DNA of 64,000 nucleotides from Botryllus schlosseri (Eukaryota). Made by a program: the position numbers and the translations under genes. The stretch covers positions 2,544,001-2,608,000 of the forward strand of contig CM119373.1 of NCBI GenBank assembly GCA_051294905.1. The letters run 5' to 3'. Positions within the stretch are counted from its first letter, which is position 1. Each line of letters starts with the position of its first letter. Under the pieces are notes generated by a model, which was not told the origin of the DNA, did no database searches, and worked only from the letters and a program-made list of their open reading frames with translations. Positions 1 to 12,422 of this stretch are shown here, piece after piece.

Positions 1-2098
1 CAACTCGGTGTTGAGTCTGGAATGTTTTGAAATGCCAATTTTGACACTATGGGGTGATCACATTCGAGAGAGATTGTTACCGCTGGCGGAGATTCCGATT
101 TGCCGCATTGTTTTGTAATGCAGCCCCTGATCTACTTATATTATCTTTGAAGGAGCATGTAAAGTGGCTAATCCTACGGCCGAGAATACAACAATCACAA
201 CCAAAGTGGGACGATTTCTAACTGTTATTGGAGCTTGCAAGGTAGTTTTGTTTATGAATCTGACGTCTGTGTGACAGCTGCGTTCTTTATCATATCATTT
301 GACAGTAAGTGAATCGTTGCTACCTCCAGGGCCGCTACCATTCATCTTCAGAACACTATACCAGTGGTTCCCAAACTTTGACGTGATGTAATTAAAAAAA
401 AAATTATAGTAATTTAATTTTGTCAAAATTGTTGGTCTTGCTTGCATAAATTTTTGATCATCTCGTTACACTTGCTCAGATTTAGCGGTGGAACCAATGT
501 CTCCAAAACTTTTTTGCCAATAATCCGTCACTCATTTCAAACTCCTTTCAATTCACATTTCTACACGGGAAGCAAGTTCATCCTCAACTGGTCGCATTCG
601 TACCGCGTGGGGGGCTCAGATTGCTATTGCCTGACCCATGTTCCCTCTAAGCTGCACTGCGCACGTGCGCAATTGCACAGTGCTTAGTTGGTCTCTGCGC
701 ACAGAAAAAATCTGGAGTGATGTCATTTTTTTAGTCGTTATGCACTACTGTGAGTTGGTGAGTGTGTGCAGACTCGTCAAAAATTAGAGGGAGCATTGGA
801 TCGGCTATTTCGGTGGCGAACAAGATGCATGGCAAATATGGCTCAATTCCAACGTGTAGATGTCAAATCATTGAGATACAAAATTAGGGATTTGAAACTT
901 CGCTGGTACATTTTACAGCTAGCTATAGTATCCCGTTCACCAAAGAAATGTTTGAAGCTGGCCCAGAACGATAACGATGAGTTATACGATCTTCCAGGGC
1001 CGCCACACTTCAAACACCCAATTAGGGGAGCTCGACTGAACCCAAAATTACTTTGTTTGTCGTTTGTTGAAGTAGATTTTTGTCGTGCTTTGCTCGATTT
1101 TTTGTCCCTTTAGGTCTACATTTAAATATGATTAGTAAGATAAAAAGGTGCTTATAATAGAGAAATATGCAAATTGGTGGTGGTGATTACCACACATTGA
1201 AAAGGACTACGACTCTACTCTGTGGTAAGAGATGGGTCTCAAGAACATTTTCAAACCCGAAAATGGGCCACGGCCAAAAGATGGCTGAGAACCCCTGGTT
1301 TATTAGCTTCTATATGTTGGAATTAAGCCAAATTTGGCGCGCAGAGTTAAATCGACAATTTCGTCGAAGTAGATGGTAAAGTTTGACTTGGCTGTCACAC
1401 TCCACCAAGTTCGTCGTGACTTCCTAAAGACGGTTCGGAATCCTTGGATGAATGTGACTTGACATGACGGTCCCACATTACTCACAAACAAACAAACACA
1501 TATAATGACTATTGCTCTACTGCTAATCAATCAACGTAATCAATTCATTTATGTTATAGGACGACGATAAAGGAGAAAACGGGAGCAAGACTGTTATCGA
1601 GGAGGCAGAAGTATTGGCTGAAGTGATTGCACAGTTCTGTATCAAGGCCCAATTCTTGCTAACGTATTTTCTTCATCCATGTTTTTTTCGTGTTTTGTAC
1701 TGATTTCATACAGAACAGAAAGCCATATACATGCTGATTTTTAAAATTGGCAATTAGTTTTCCTTCTGAACAAAAAGGCCTACCTCTTGCTGCCTACTTC
1801 TTGCTAACGTTTGTTATGTCAGGGACTATTATTTTACCTTCATTCTTCATCCATTTTTATTCCAATTTTTCGTCGAGGTCTAGTCAAGTGCATTTTTTTT
1901 GTATTTTGAACTGTCTTCGTCGAGGTCTAGTCCAGTGCATTTTTTTGTATTTTGAACTGGTACAATACAGAACAAAAAGCCATACATGATTTGTAAAACT
2001 GAGGATTCGTATTCGTTCATGTGTGAAGTGCAGCATATAGCAGGTTTAGCCAACCAGGGTTCAGGGTCACACAGGCTCGAATTGTACAAAAAATATCG

Positions 2099-2194
2099 TT
2101 GAGGATGTTTATCAGGATATCTTTGAGGATCTCCATCAGGATATCTTTGAGGATGTTTATCAGGATATCTTTGAGGATGTCTATCAGGACATCT
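2099..2194. repeat. Four tandem 24-bp units (TTGAGGATGTTTATCAGGATATCT), probably subterminal repeats of a TIR element ending GTTTGCTGGG at 2310
   Basis: Units read directly. The complementary end CCCAGCAAACAC with similar GGAT..ATCC motifs occurs at about 60821. Confidence 0.7.
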
Positions 2195-3087
2195 TATATA
2201 TATCCATTTCTGTCGACAAATGTATATATTTTGCACTTCATTGAAGGACATCTTTTGAACTCATGGAAGATGTTTAAAAGATATCTTTAATAAGTTTTGT
2301 GTTTGCTGGGTAATAGCAATTATGCAATCATCGGAATTATGAATTCGTCAACCTGCATCCCGCATCATGACAATAGCAACGTACGTAGGGTCTTTCGGAA
2401 CGATTTCTATCTACATCAAACCGAAGTATTCAAGCACTGCGACGCGAAATTCTGCGTCACGCGAAATGCAGATAACGATCGATCCTGTCGACACACATCA
2501 AAACCGGTCTCTTGAAGATTTCCTCGAAAAGAAATATACCGTCCTATTGATTTCTATTCTCCCGGCACTTTAATATTCATAGTGATAGCATGACACCAAC
2601 CTTACGTGACAGTATTAGGTGACGCTTTAAAATGACGCTTCGACCTGCCCAGAGTTCGCATTCCACAGAGGTCGTTTTGTTCTATTTTCAAAAAGCCGAT
2701 AGCATCCGCTTTTGGTATTATAGAAATAATTATTGTAATTTAATTTTCGTCTCCGCGACCCCTAGTTTGGGAACACCTTGTTTAAGTTGGTTGTTAGTTG
2801 TGAATCGTTACTTCTATTTCCAGTTGCTCATTTTAAAAATACAGTAGATTGTACAAGCCTGATACATGGTATTTCGATTCCAATGGTCGTTTTACATCTA
2901 ACGCATGTCATTGTATACAATTCATGAATGGGCCACTTATAGCTCTGCCCAATTTTGTGCCGGCTTTTGTAAGACGTTTACGTACTATCTATTATCGATT
3001 GTCCATCTTCAGTTGAAAATTTCAGCTGTTTCCATAAATCATGGCTGCCCGAGTCTGGATTATATCCGACTCGAAACGTGTCGCGAG

Positions 3088-5609
3088 CAGACATGGGGTA
3101 ATCGCGATTAGTAATCGTAATCGATTACGACGATTACAGCATTTTCAAGTAATCGTAATCGCAATCGATTACATTCGAAAAAAATCCAAAGTAATCGTAA
3201 TCGACTACTTCACATATCTAATCGATTTTTTTGTGAAAGAACGATTACTTTTTATTTGTACAATGAATTTGACATAACCGAACATTCGTGAACAAGGAAG
3301 AGATATTATACAAGATTATTGATAGCGCAAGCGCTTGATTTTCAAACGCCACTGCTCATTATTCCGTCAGAAATATTAGCTTTGCTCGTCCTTGCGTAAG
3401 AAGTATCCACAGGTAAATATGTATTCGCTGTACATTGTTGTGTTATTGTTAGAACAGTGTAAGCCAAGCTGTCTATCAGGTTATCAATACACTCCAGACG
3501 TCACTACCTCGCAGCAAGATAATAATCACCACTCGGCCTATAGTTTCAGATAGTAACTTATGCATTGATGTTTGATTATGCTTATAGTTAAACGCAGTTT
3601 GACCGTTGCTGCTTGGCGAGCAGTAGGCCTATCTATGTAGTATACGTAGGCAAAGATTTGAAGTTTTGTACTCGTCAAATAAAACATTACGATGGTTAAA
3701 ATCAACAGCTGCGTTTATATATCATAACCGAGCCGTTCTTTGCCGTTTCTCGTAACGGCATAACGGCAGTTTGCAGTATCTGTATTAAGTTGAAGGTAGA
3801 ATTTTAAGTTCACTTTATCTTATTCTCATATGACTACTTGAAACGGGCGCCAATCGTTATTTCACAATTCTTCACTCGACATTTATACCTGTCGCCATAG
3901 CCATCCGCTTATACACCATGTTAGCGTGGGTTGTAGGTACAGTCAGGACCAAAACAGCAATTCGTCCCCCACTTCAAACGTTGGTATTGGTAAGGTTGTA
4001 ACCAAGTTATAATGTTCCGAGTCACAAGTCAATCTCACTTTTATAGTTTTGACTCGAGTCAAGTCGAGTCATTTTCAATTCACCCCCGAGTCAAGTCCGA
4101 GTCCAAGTCAGCTGGTATAGGGTCGAGTCCGAGTCATATTTTTTTACTCGAGTAGGCTACGAGTCCAAGTTGTTATGTTCACAGATCAGTTATCTGATCA
4201 ATCCGATTCAACCCACTTTTTTCAACTCTGCTCGAGTGATATAGAATGGGTCGTATTTATAATATAGTAATTTTCATCAGTTTTCATACTTTACGGCCCT
4301 ATTTCCAAGTATCGGGACTGATAGACGAAATACAATTAATGTGGTAAGTTTACTATTCTTCGAAGTTACATGGAATGTCTGTCTTGGCCGTTCTAGTCTC
4401 GAGTCATAGGACTTGCTTCGAGTCATGCAAAATGACTCTCGAGTACAAGTCGAGTCAATGCAAAAAATGACTCGAGTCAAGTCTAGTCACCAAAAAATCG
4501 CGAGTCGAGTTGAGAGTCATGACTCGAGTCATTACAACCCTGGGTATTGGGGTATTGGGTCAGTTTTCAAGTTGATGACTGAATTTCGTCAATAATATTG
4601 GTAATTGCATTATATTGCTATTCATTCAGATTTACCGGTAGAGCTGGGGGCAAGTAATTCATAATTATAGCATCTGGTATGTTGTTATAATTTCATTATT
4701 GTATGTTGTTAATTCGTGAACTCCCGTCTTTTATATAATCAAAAGATTCTGTAGTGGCCCTAACGTAGCAGACTAAAGTAAAAACTTTCGTGAGACGCAC
4801 ACACAAATTGTCATGTCTTCATTCCTCTGTGAGTGCCCCGGGTGGCATTTGCATTGTTAGGACTCAGATTGGAAGGACCGGACTATTTGCCACGTCCACA
4901 GAGCGCGGCTATTGACAATGGACACATACCCAACGTTTTGGCCAAGGTCATTCTTTGGTAGCACACTTTGTGGAGTTGCATGTTGGCCGAAATTGCATGC
5001 GTCTTATGGTGTCGTGGCGGGGTAATGACCGACACCGAAATGCCTATTCCTATAAATTATGCATGCTTTTTTTCTTGAGGGGGAGAGGTATGCATTTCAA
5101 AATCAAGCTATTTAGAGACATTAAATCCCGAAGCTCGAAAAAATTTTTCAAGTTAATTAACTCTCTTGAAAATATGTTGATTGACGAAATGCTTTTGAGT
5201 CCCCTTAGAGCTCGCTCCCGGTCCTATTGGGGAGTGGAAGTTACGAACCTGGCAAGAATGCAAATCGTTGGGTGCGACGAATAGAATAGTCCTGCATAAA
5301 AGTGGGCAATGGGTGCATCATGACGTAACAAGCGAATCACGTATGATTTATAAAGAAAGTTTTTATCTCATTAGACCTTTTCATCGCAAGCCTTATTTAT
5401 ATTGTCTTCCAATATCTCTTCTGAAATTAGTTCTAAGAAGCAAAGCAACTGTAATCGTGAGTAATCGTGATCACTTTTGGAAAGTAATCGTAATCGTAAT
5501 CGACTACTTCCTGATTTGGCTGTAATCGTAATCGTAATCGTAATCGCGGGATTCACAAGTAATCGTAATCGCAATCGATTACATTCGTGAAGTAATCACC
5601 CCATGTCTG
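3088..5609. mobile_element. Non-autonomous hAT-type DNA transposon with GTAATC subterminal repeats
   Basis: TIRs CAGACATGGGG / CCCCATGTCTG. Perfect 8-bp TSD GTCGCGAG at 3080-3087 and 5610-5617. Confidence 0.9.
3991..4542. mobile_element. Nested MITE with GACTCGAGTC repeats
   Basis: Ends TAAGGTTGTAA / TTACAACCCTG, TSD GGTATTGG. A related copy starts at about 57818. Confidence 0.8.
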
Positions 5610-6641
5610 GTCGCGAGCCAGTTTTCAAATTTGTAGAGGCCTCAAGAATGCAATATTGAAACAAAAACCACGCTTTTATAGCAACCAAGTTTTTAAATTA
5701 TTTCGTCAGTACAATTCTGAGCTCTCTATTATGGGAGATCTTGGCAGTGCCTGGGCCATTGTACGTCAACGCAATACACCCATTCACATCAGGTGGTTGT
5801 GGAATGGTGTTGCCATCGCCAAAGTTTATTTTGAAACGACAACAACGATATCTTGAAACTGGAATCAATTTAGGCATTATTTCAAAATGCTACAATTGGC
5901 GGGCTTCCGACATCTAAAATTTTATTGAAGGCCGTGGTCGGCTGGGCAATTCTCAGTTGTTGATAGATCGACGTCCTATCTTGGTACTCGCGAGCTGCAA
6001 GCTGATTCGGAGCGCTTACCTCGAATTTACAGTGCCAGTCGCTCGCTGTAACGATCTGCCTCTACACCCATACTATGAGAGCACTATGGTCCTTTGAAAA
6101 AATGCCAGTAACAGAACGTTGACTACACTTGTCTATTTGTTTTACAGTAATGTCTGCCCGTCAGCGATGCCTTCTTTAAAACTACTATATCACTAGTGAC
6201 TAATGCCAAATAAATTATAGGTTTTGAACTTTCTTCATTCAGACGAACTCTTCCGATCACATGAGCCTTTGACTTGAGCTCGAGTTTCATCGAGTAGTAT
6301 CCCTATCAAGTCTTATTAACGATATTGCAGAACCACTAGAAAGTCTATATAAGCGGTGTTAATTACATTTTGCCTGCTGGTGAGAAGGTCAGTATACCCT
6401 TCCTCCGCTATAGACAAAACAGTAAACACGAAGTTGAATATGAGTGATTAACACGAAGTTGAATATGAGTGATTTACGTTATCAGGAAAACTGGATTGAG
6501 ACTATGAACGCAACCCAACAAATCGGGATCCACTTCCCCGTCCGGCCTGAGCACGCACAGATATGAAAGAGATATAATTATTGTAATATTTGTCCATGAG
6601 CGATAGCCATTTCAAAATGAATAACACTTCGGGAAAAACAA

Positions 6642-6828
6642 TTATTTCACTGTCAGACATCTTCCCCCGTCAAGCACAAAGATGCTTCCAGTGGTCCACG
6701 CAGAGTCGTCCGATGCTAAAAATAGAATGGCTTTGGAGACTTCTTGCGTTGTGCCCATTCTTCCAATCGGATGTGCCTGAGCCCGGCGCTCTTGAAACGC
6801 ATCCAAATCTCCCTCGATTTCAATAGAC
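6642..6828 (-). CDS. SDR exon 2 (C-terminus: SIEIEGDLDAFQERRAQAHPIGRMGTTQEVSKAILFLASDDSAWTTGSIFVLDGGRCLTVK*)
   Basis: Acceptor ctttcaAG at 6829-6830. Its phase matches the exon 1 donor (phase 2). It encodes the typical classical-SDR C-terminal motifs (PxGRxG, FLAS, TG...DGG). Missed by the ORF track. Confidence 0.9.
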
Positions 6829-6919
6829 CTTGAAAGTACAATGCATTCACGATTCAGTTGATTTTGTATAGGTGGCGAGCAGACGTGGAAGATTCAAACA
6901 TGTACCTTTCATGCAACCA

Positions 6920-8890
6920 TCATCATCATCATTGGTTTATTAGCAATTTTATCAATTCAATACACCACAAAAAATGCGATACAATGAAAAGAAAGGATGA
7001 TGTCGAAGCGACTAGGAGTTGTCTATGGAATCAGACACCCACCTTGGCCTAGGCCAGGGGTCGCCAACTCAAAATGGGTCGCGGGCCACTTTTCAAAATT
7101 CCTAGAGGCCGCGGGCAGCATGACTACAAAATCGAGAATAACATAGCCAACGCAGCTTAACAACTACGTGCTCTCTGCTGTGCTCTCTTACACGGGCGAT
7201 GGACATAGTCACCACAAAATACATGATATTTTATTGAACAAACACAAATACAACAAAAATATCATGCTCATCAATTTCATTATATTTTGAACTATTAGCT
7301 GCACACGATACCAGACAACACTCTGTAGCAACTAAAACAGGGGTGGGCAACCTTTTTGCTTTTCACGGCTGCATTTCGATTACTCATGTAGCCCGCGGCT
7401 GCATTCCGGTGAATAGTGGTGATGAACAAACTGGGGCCAAATATCCACGTCAAACTCACCATGTCCATTGCTGGTACACTCCGGACAAATCTATTTACGC
7501 ATATCGGCTTATACTATGGGCAATGATACCGTGAATGTAGTCATGTTATGAAGAGCGACAGGGATACGCACTGTAGTCGCGCGAAGCGAGAAAATTTTTT
7601 CATGTTTATGAGTGAATTTCATCATTTAATATTAGTATAGTTTCACATATTACTATCAAATATTCATCCTTTCTCGGCCCATGTGATCAGATTCACCGGT
7701 AGAGTTTATGCAGGGGGTGTCTGCAAAAACTTAGAGAACTTATTAATGCTGGGGTGCATCTTTGGGTAGGCCAATTCTCATTAGTCCCCTATGTTGCATG
7801 CAGTTATTTTTTGACCTCCCATTAGAATTGTCGTTATAGTGGAAATATATTGGATTCGCCCAAACGCAGGCCTACCAGAAAAAAAAATTCGGGATGAGGA
7901 GAACACTATTCAAAATTGGTATTTCTTCATGGGTCGCATCATTTTTCTCCGCTGTTCGCATCTGTACTGTGGGACTCAGACTACAAAGGACACTGCTGTA
8001 TTAAAATCAAAAATCAACACGCACTGAAGCGCACAAAGCGCGAAGAAAATTTCAAGAATAATTCAAACCTCACATTAATTAAGGAGTCAATTCGTAAATG
8101 CAATTTGCATAATATTGACAGCCACCAACACATCCTAATTGAATTGATTATCGACGGCCGCATAATTTCTCTTCTACTGCCGCAGATTGGCCGCCCCAGG
8201 ATTTAAGAATCGATATTGGGGTTGGTTATAGACACGGTACGACGGTAGCCTATTTGCTGGAAAACTATCTCCTCGTAAAGCATGATTTCTTGGAGAGTCC
8301 GAAATCGTTTATCACGCCTACCGGTCTTGGCAGTGGTGGGCCATTGCACGCCAAGGCAATATGCCCATTCATATCAGCAAATTATTCCTCCATACAATGA
8401 TATTACCATGCCGAACCGCAGGAATAGTGATATTGGGCACAGTAGAATGGCTTACTTTGAACAACAACAACAATATGTTTAAACTGAAATTAATTTCGGC
8501 ATTTCGAAATGGCTTTCTGACAGTTCTTCAAAAATTTCCCCAAATCAGGCCGCGGGCCACAAAATACGACCTTGCGGGCCGCATGCGGCCCGCGGGCCGC
8601 GTGTTGGTGACCCCTGGCCTAGGCGATGTAAAGAGGAGGCATGCACACTGAATGAAAGTAAGGAAGATAGTATAGAAAAAGGAAGCGACAAGAAATAGGG
8701 CGGCATATCATGGGAAGCGAGGTCGATAGGTCAGTCGTGGTCCGGTAATCTTGAGGATGGACTGTATTTATTTAGTAGTAATTGCTTGTATTTCGACTTG
8801 AATGTGGACATGCTCGTCGACTGCCGGATGGCCGGCGGGATACTGTTCCACACATCAGGTCCGGCATATTTGATAGAGCGATTTGATAGA
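6920..8890 (-). mobile_element. 5'-truncated CR1/L2-type LINE 3' end inside the SDR intron, split by a hAT MITE
   Basis: Minus-strand 8760-8880 reads SIKYAGPDVWNSIPPAIRQSTSMSTFKSKYKQLLL, a typical ORF2 C-terminus. Related 3' UTR fragments lie at about 26720-26910, 28870-28990 and 37680-37795. Confidence 0.7.
7055..8616. mobile_element. Non-autonomous hAT (Charlie-like) element
   Basis: TIRs CAGGGGTCGCCAAC / GTTGGTGACCCCTG, GCGGGCCG subterminal motifs, perfect TSD GCCTAGGC. Confidence 0.9.
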
Positions 8891-9667
8891 GCGACCACTA
8901 CATACTATAATGCTAGTACTATATCACATTGAAGATTATTTGGTAGTTTTCGACCGTACCTGTTTCTTTACAATTTGTCACAAAGCGTATAATTTCACTG
9001 TTCGAAAAAGTCGTACGCTACTACTCGACCTGAATCATTACAATCAACACTCGATTCAAATAAGTGTACTCGAATCAATGTTTCCGCTGTCCAGTCCTAA
9101 ACGTGAGCGCAAATCGCCTGAATAATTGCACGTTATTTAAGTAGCAAGTATGGCCCCAGCAAATGTAAAATAATATGCAACGTCTTACGTCTCGATCATC
9201 CATACCACAATAAACAATACTTAAGCCTTTTAGTTGTGACAAACATTTCAGAGCCCGAGGGCTATGTAATAAGTCGAGACTTGGCAACTAAACCACAAGT
9301 CGGCTGCGTGTGAACATTTTTGATAATATGGAAGGAATATAACGATGCCATAGGATATTGAATTGCAGCTCTAGAGTATTGATAAGCTGTGTACGCGAGA
9401 GCTTTCCAAGTGAGTCGTGACAAGCGACTTCCCTTATAACTTGATTATAATTTACGGTTGTATCAACCACAAAAACAATACTCAATTCGCTGGCGTAGTA
9501 GCGGTACTGCGGCACCCATATAATCTGACATACTTCGAAAGGACATGCTTCAAACCACAAGGCTTTACGACAAATTCTGTCTTGACATAAGTAACGCACC
9601 AGATCAATCACGTGACGCATAAGTTCGCGATGTAAGCTGAAACACCAGTATGCAGAACTTTAGGTAC

Positions 9668-10245
9668 CTGGTTATATTGGTGTTCACAGATGCCGGGTTC
9701 ACTGAATTGACACGAACTCCTTTCGGCGCACACTCCCGTGCAACGAGCTTGGTGAATTGATCGACAGCGGCCTTGGTCATGCTGTATACGAAAGCACCAT
9801 CAAACGCATGTAGCCCGGCAATGCTCGAAACGTTCACTATATTCCCTTTGGATTCCACCAAATACGGCATAGCTTTCTGAGTCAAAATGAACATCGACTT
9901 TACGTTGACGGCAAAGAGCGTATCGAAATCTTCAACTGTTGACGTTACTAGACTACCCGGTCTCCACGCACCGGCGTTGTTGATTAGTATATCCAGACGG
10001 TTATACTTTTCCACGACCCTATCCACCACGCTTTCGACCTCCTTTTGGTTTGAGAACTCTGCTTGTATTTGTAGTACGTCCTTGGCGCCGTTCTTGCGAC
10101 ATTCCAGTTCTGTTGAGTTTAATCCGTCCTTATCTCTACCTGATATAGCTAAAACAGCACCGTGCTTCGCGAAATCCTGTGCCGCTTCGCGTCCGATACC
10201 ACTGGACGCGCCGGTCACCAACACAACCTTCCCCGCGAAACTCAT
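9668..10245 (-). CDS. Classical NAD(P)-dependent SDR (FabG/glucose dehydrogenase-like), exon 1; spliced protein 254 aa
   Basis: Motifs TGASSGIG, NNAG, NVSS, YSMTK (YxxxK) and VRVNSVNP. Donor CAG|GTACCT at 9667. Joining to 6642-6828 gives a 765-nt ORF. Confidence 0.93.
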
Positions 10246-10304
10246 TTTGTCGACAATACGCTACGCTTCTGCGACAGCGCTGCTGCTTCGTACTTATTTG
10301 ACCG

Positions 10305-10353
10305 TCTTATCAGCTGACAGCAGTCACGCGTGAATGCACGTGTGCTGAGTCAC
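10305..10353 (-). promoter_or_regulatory. SDR proximal promoter motif cluster: GATA site, E-box CACGTG (10337-10342), ARE/MARE GTGACTCAGCA (10343-10353)
   Basis: Motifs read directly 60-110 bp upstream of the ATG. Function is inferred. Confidence 0.4.
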
Positions 10354-11234
10354 GATCGTGTGTTGTTGCTTTGTTTGTAGTGGTTATCAATCTTTTTAAC
10401 TTACTTATCGGTAATGTTTCTAAGCATAGTTTGTAGACTAGTAAAACTCCGAAAAGCAAAATTAACATAACCACATCCAGACTTGGACAACTACAAATTT
10501 CTTACCTTTTCGAAATTAGATTGCAATTAGAATTATAGCTATACAGTTATTTCCCAAACGAGATTAGATTTACGCTTATAGCAATACATTTTTCCAAATT
10601 AGATTAAAACTAGAATTACAGCAACAGTTCATTTCAAGTTAGATTAGAATTAGAATTACTGAATTCGCGAAAACTTGGATATTGTATCAAGTTCCGTTTA
10701 TATCAAATTATAGTTCATCCCCATGAGCACGAGAATAGCAATGTCTGTGCAAGTGTACAGCAAGGTCGATTCGCACTACTTACAGTTCTCCTGTAGCATG
10801 TACAGTCAAACCTGAAATTAAAATTTGAATTATAATTAGAGCATAGAACATTTCACAAATTAAATTTTGCACTACAGTTGAGGTATAAATGTTTACTAAA
10901 TATTGCCGACCGCCATATTATCCAGTCCAGTTATGGAACGACGTAAAAAATCAAGGCGGATCAACGCCGACCTATGAGTAAAATCGACAATAACAATTTA
11001 AACCAGTGATTCCCAACCGCGACCCCCGGCTAGCCTTCGTGCGCCCCTCCAAAAATATTAGGAAATCGAGTTATGACATAAATCAAATTGATATGTATAA
11101 AATACACTTGCTTGGCTAAATCTGTTTACGTGAGCAGCGAGGTCAAGAAATTGATAGAAACATATATGCAATTCCCGATCATATTGACCGATTTTATCAT
11201 GAATTAACGAAAATTTCCGTGCTTCGCGCTGGCT

Positions 11235-12339
11235 CGCTTCACAGCAGAAGTAGTTGTGAAAAACGATCATGTTTCGTTCGCATGGGTTACCAAAAGCTGC
11301 AAATTGAGCTATTCGAAAGGTGCAGAGCTTTATTTCTATCGATGCATACCAGGAGGTATCCAGTTTTAGACAGCATAAGCATAAAGAAATGCGATACTAA
11401 TCCCCTGTTTACTCGAACAGCACGTTTTAGAAAATATCATGGTATGGCACCCTCCCCCATATTACAAGGCCCGTAGTTTAGTTGAAGAGCCATATACGGA
11501 GAAGTTGTATTGGATGCGGTATAAACACTTTGCGCGATTAGTGAACGCTAAAAAAATATGAATCGGATAAATGCCATATTATGTAGCTTAATTTCCGGAA
11601 ATTATAGGCATTACTACACTTGCTTTTATACTTCAACGTGTATGTTATCCAGACAAAAGAACTGATACTAATTAGAACTTAAAGTATGATACTGGGAATT
11701 GAGAGTGAAAGATAAATACTACTTCTAAAAGCGGAAAATGTATTTCCTGTCTTAATTCCAGAAAGTTTCAAAGATCTTATGCTAAAATAGGTCTAAAACT
11801 AAAAAAAGTGGGAGTTCACATTTCCAGATTAGATGGTCATGGACATGGTCTGCTAGATTACGATATGATAAGTAAATGCTAGATTGCGAAATATCACTTT
11901 CAAACGTTATGATGAGCCCTATATACTGTGATGAAATATTTCATATCCATGGGCGACAATGCGGCGTGAACGGAACCACGCATTCCGCTAGCTAAATTGT
12001 ATTCACCGATACTTTCGTGAAATCATACTGGATACTCTATATCCAATGTGCGCGAAGCGTGAGGAAAATTCTGGGCCTTACTCAACTTAATGAAAATTAA
12101 ATGTTGATACTCCGTGAAAACAGCCCGAAATTCCTCAGGCTATCTTCCTGATTGGAGGATTAGACTACTTCTACTTGACAAACTGAAAATAGCGAAAAGT
12201 AAGTTAGTAGATCACAAAATATTACGAAGTAGAAGTAGAAGTAGCGAAAATCAGATCTACTTGAGTAAGTACCAGAAGTAGAGGAAAACTACTTGAGTAC
12301 TTCGAAAAAGTAGAAGAACTTCGTTACTGACCACCTCTG
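11235..12339. mobile_element. Partial copy of the CAGAGGTGGTCA / AGTAGA-repeat hAT-type family
   Basis: Right end TGACCACCTCTG. Internal similarity to 41575-43040 and 48170-49435. Confidence 0.75.
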
Positions 12340-12422
12340 TTTCACAGTACAGCTAGTTTCGTGGCAAAAGCGAACAAGGTGGTACGGGTAGGTTCATCAT
12401 CCTATGGGAGGCCTAGACAAAG

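Noticed and set aside
150..1640. Possible exons of a + strand gene at the window start
   Set aside because: Some splice-like sites, but no consistent reading frame or recognisable protein.
2099..2194. CRISPR-like or coding (PQRYPDKH)n repeat
   Set aside because: Contiguous tandem units with no unique spacers, in a eukaryotic context at a transposon subterminus.
6425..6474. 25-bp tandem duplication (also a roughly 47-bp one at 1869-1959)
   Set aside because: Ordinary local slippage duplications with no sign of function.
9604..9667. ORF-track C-terminus of the SDR (YLKFCILVFQLTSRTYASRD)
   Set aside because: Read-through into the intron. The real C-terminus is exon 2 at 6642-6828.
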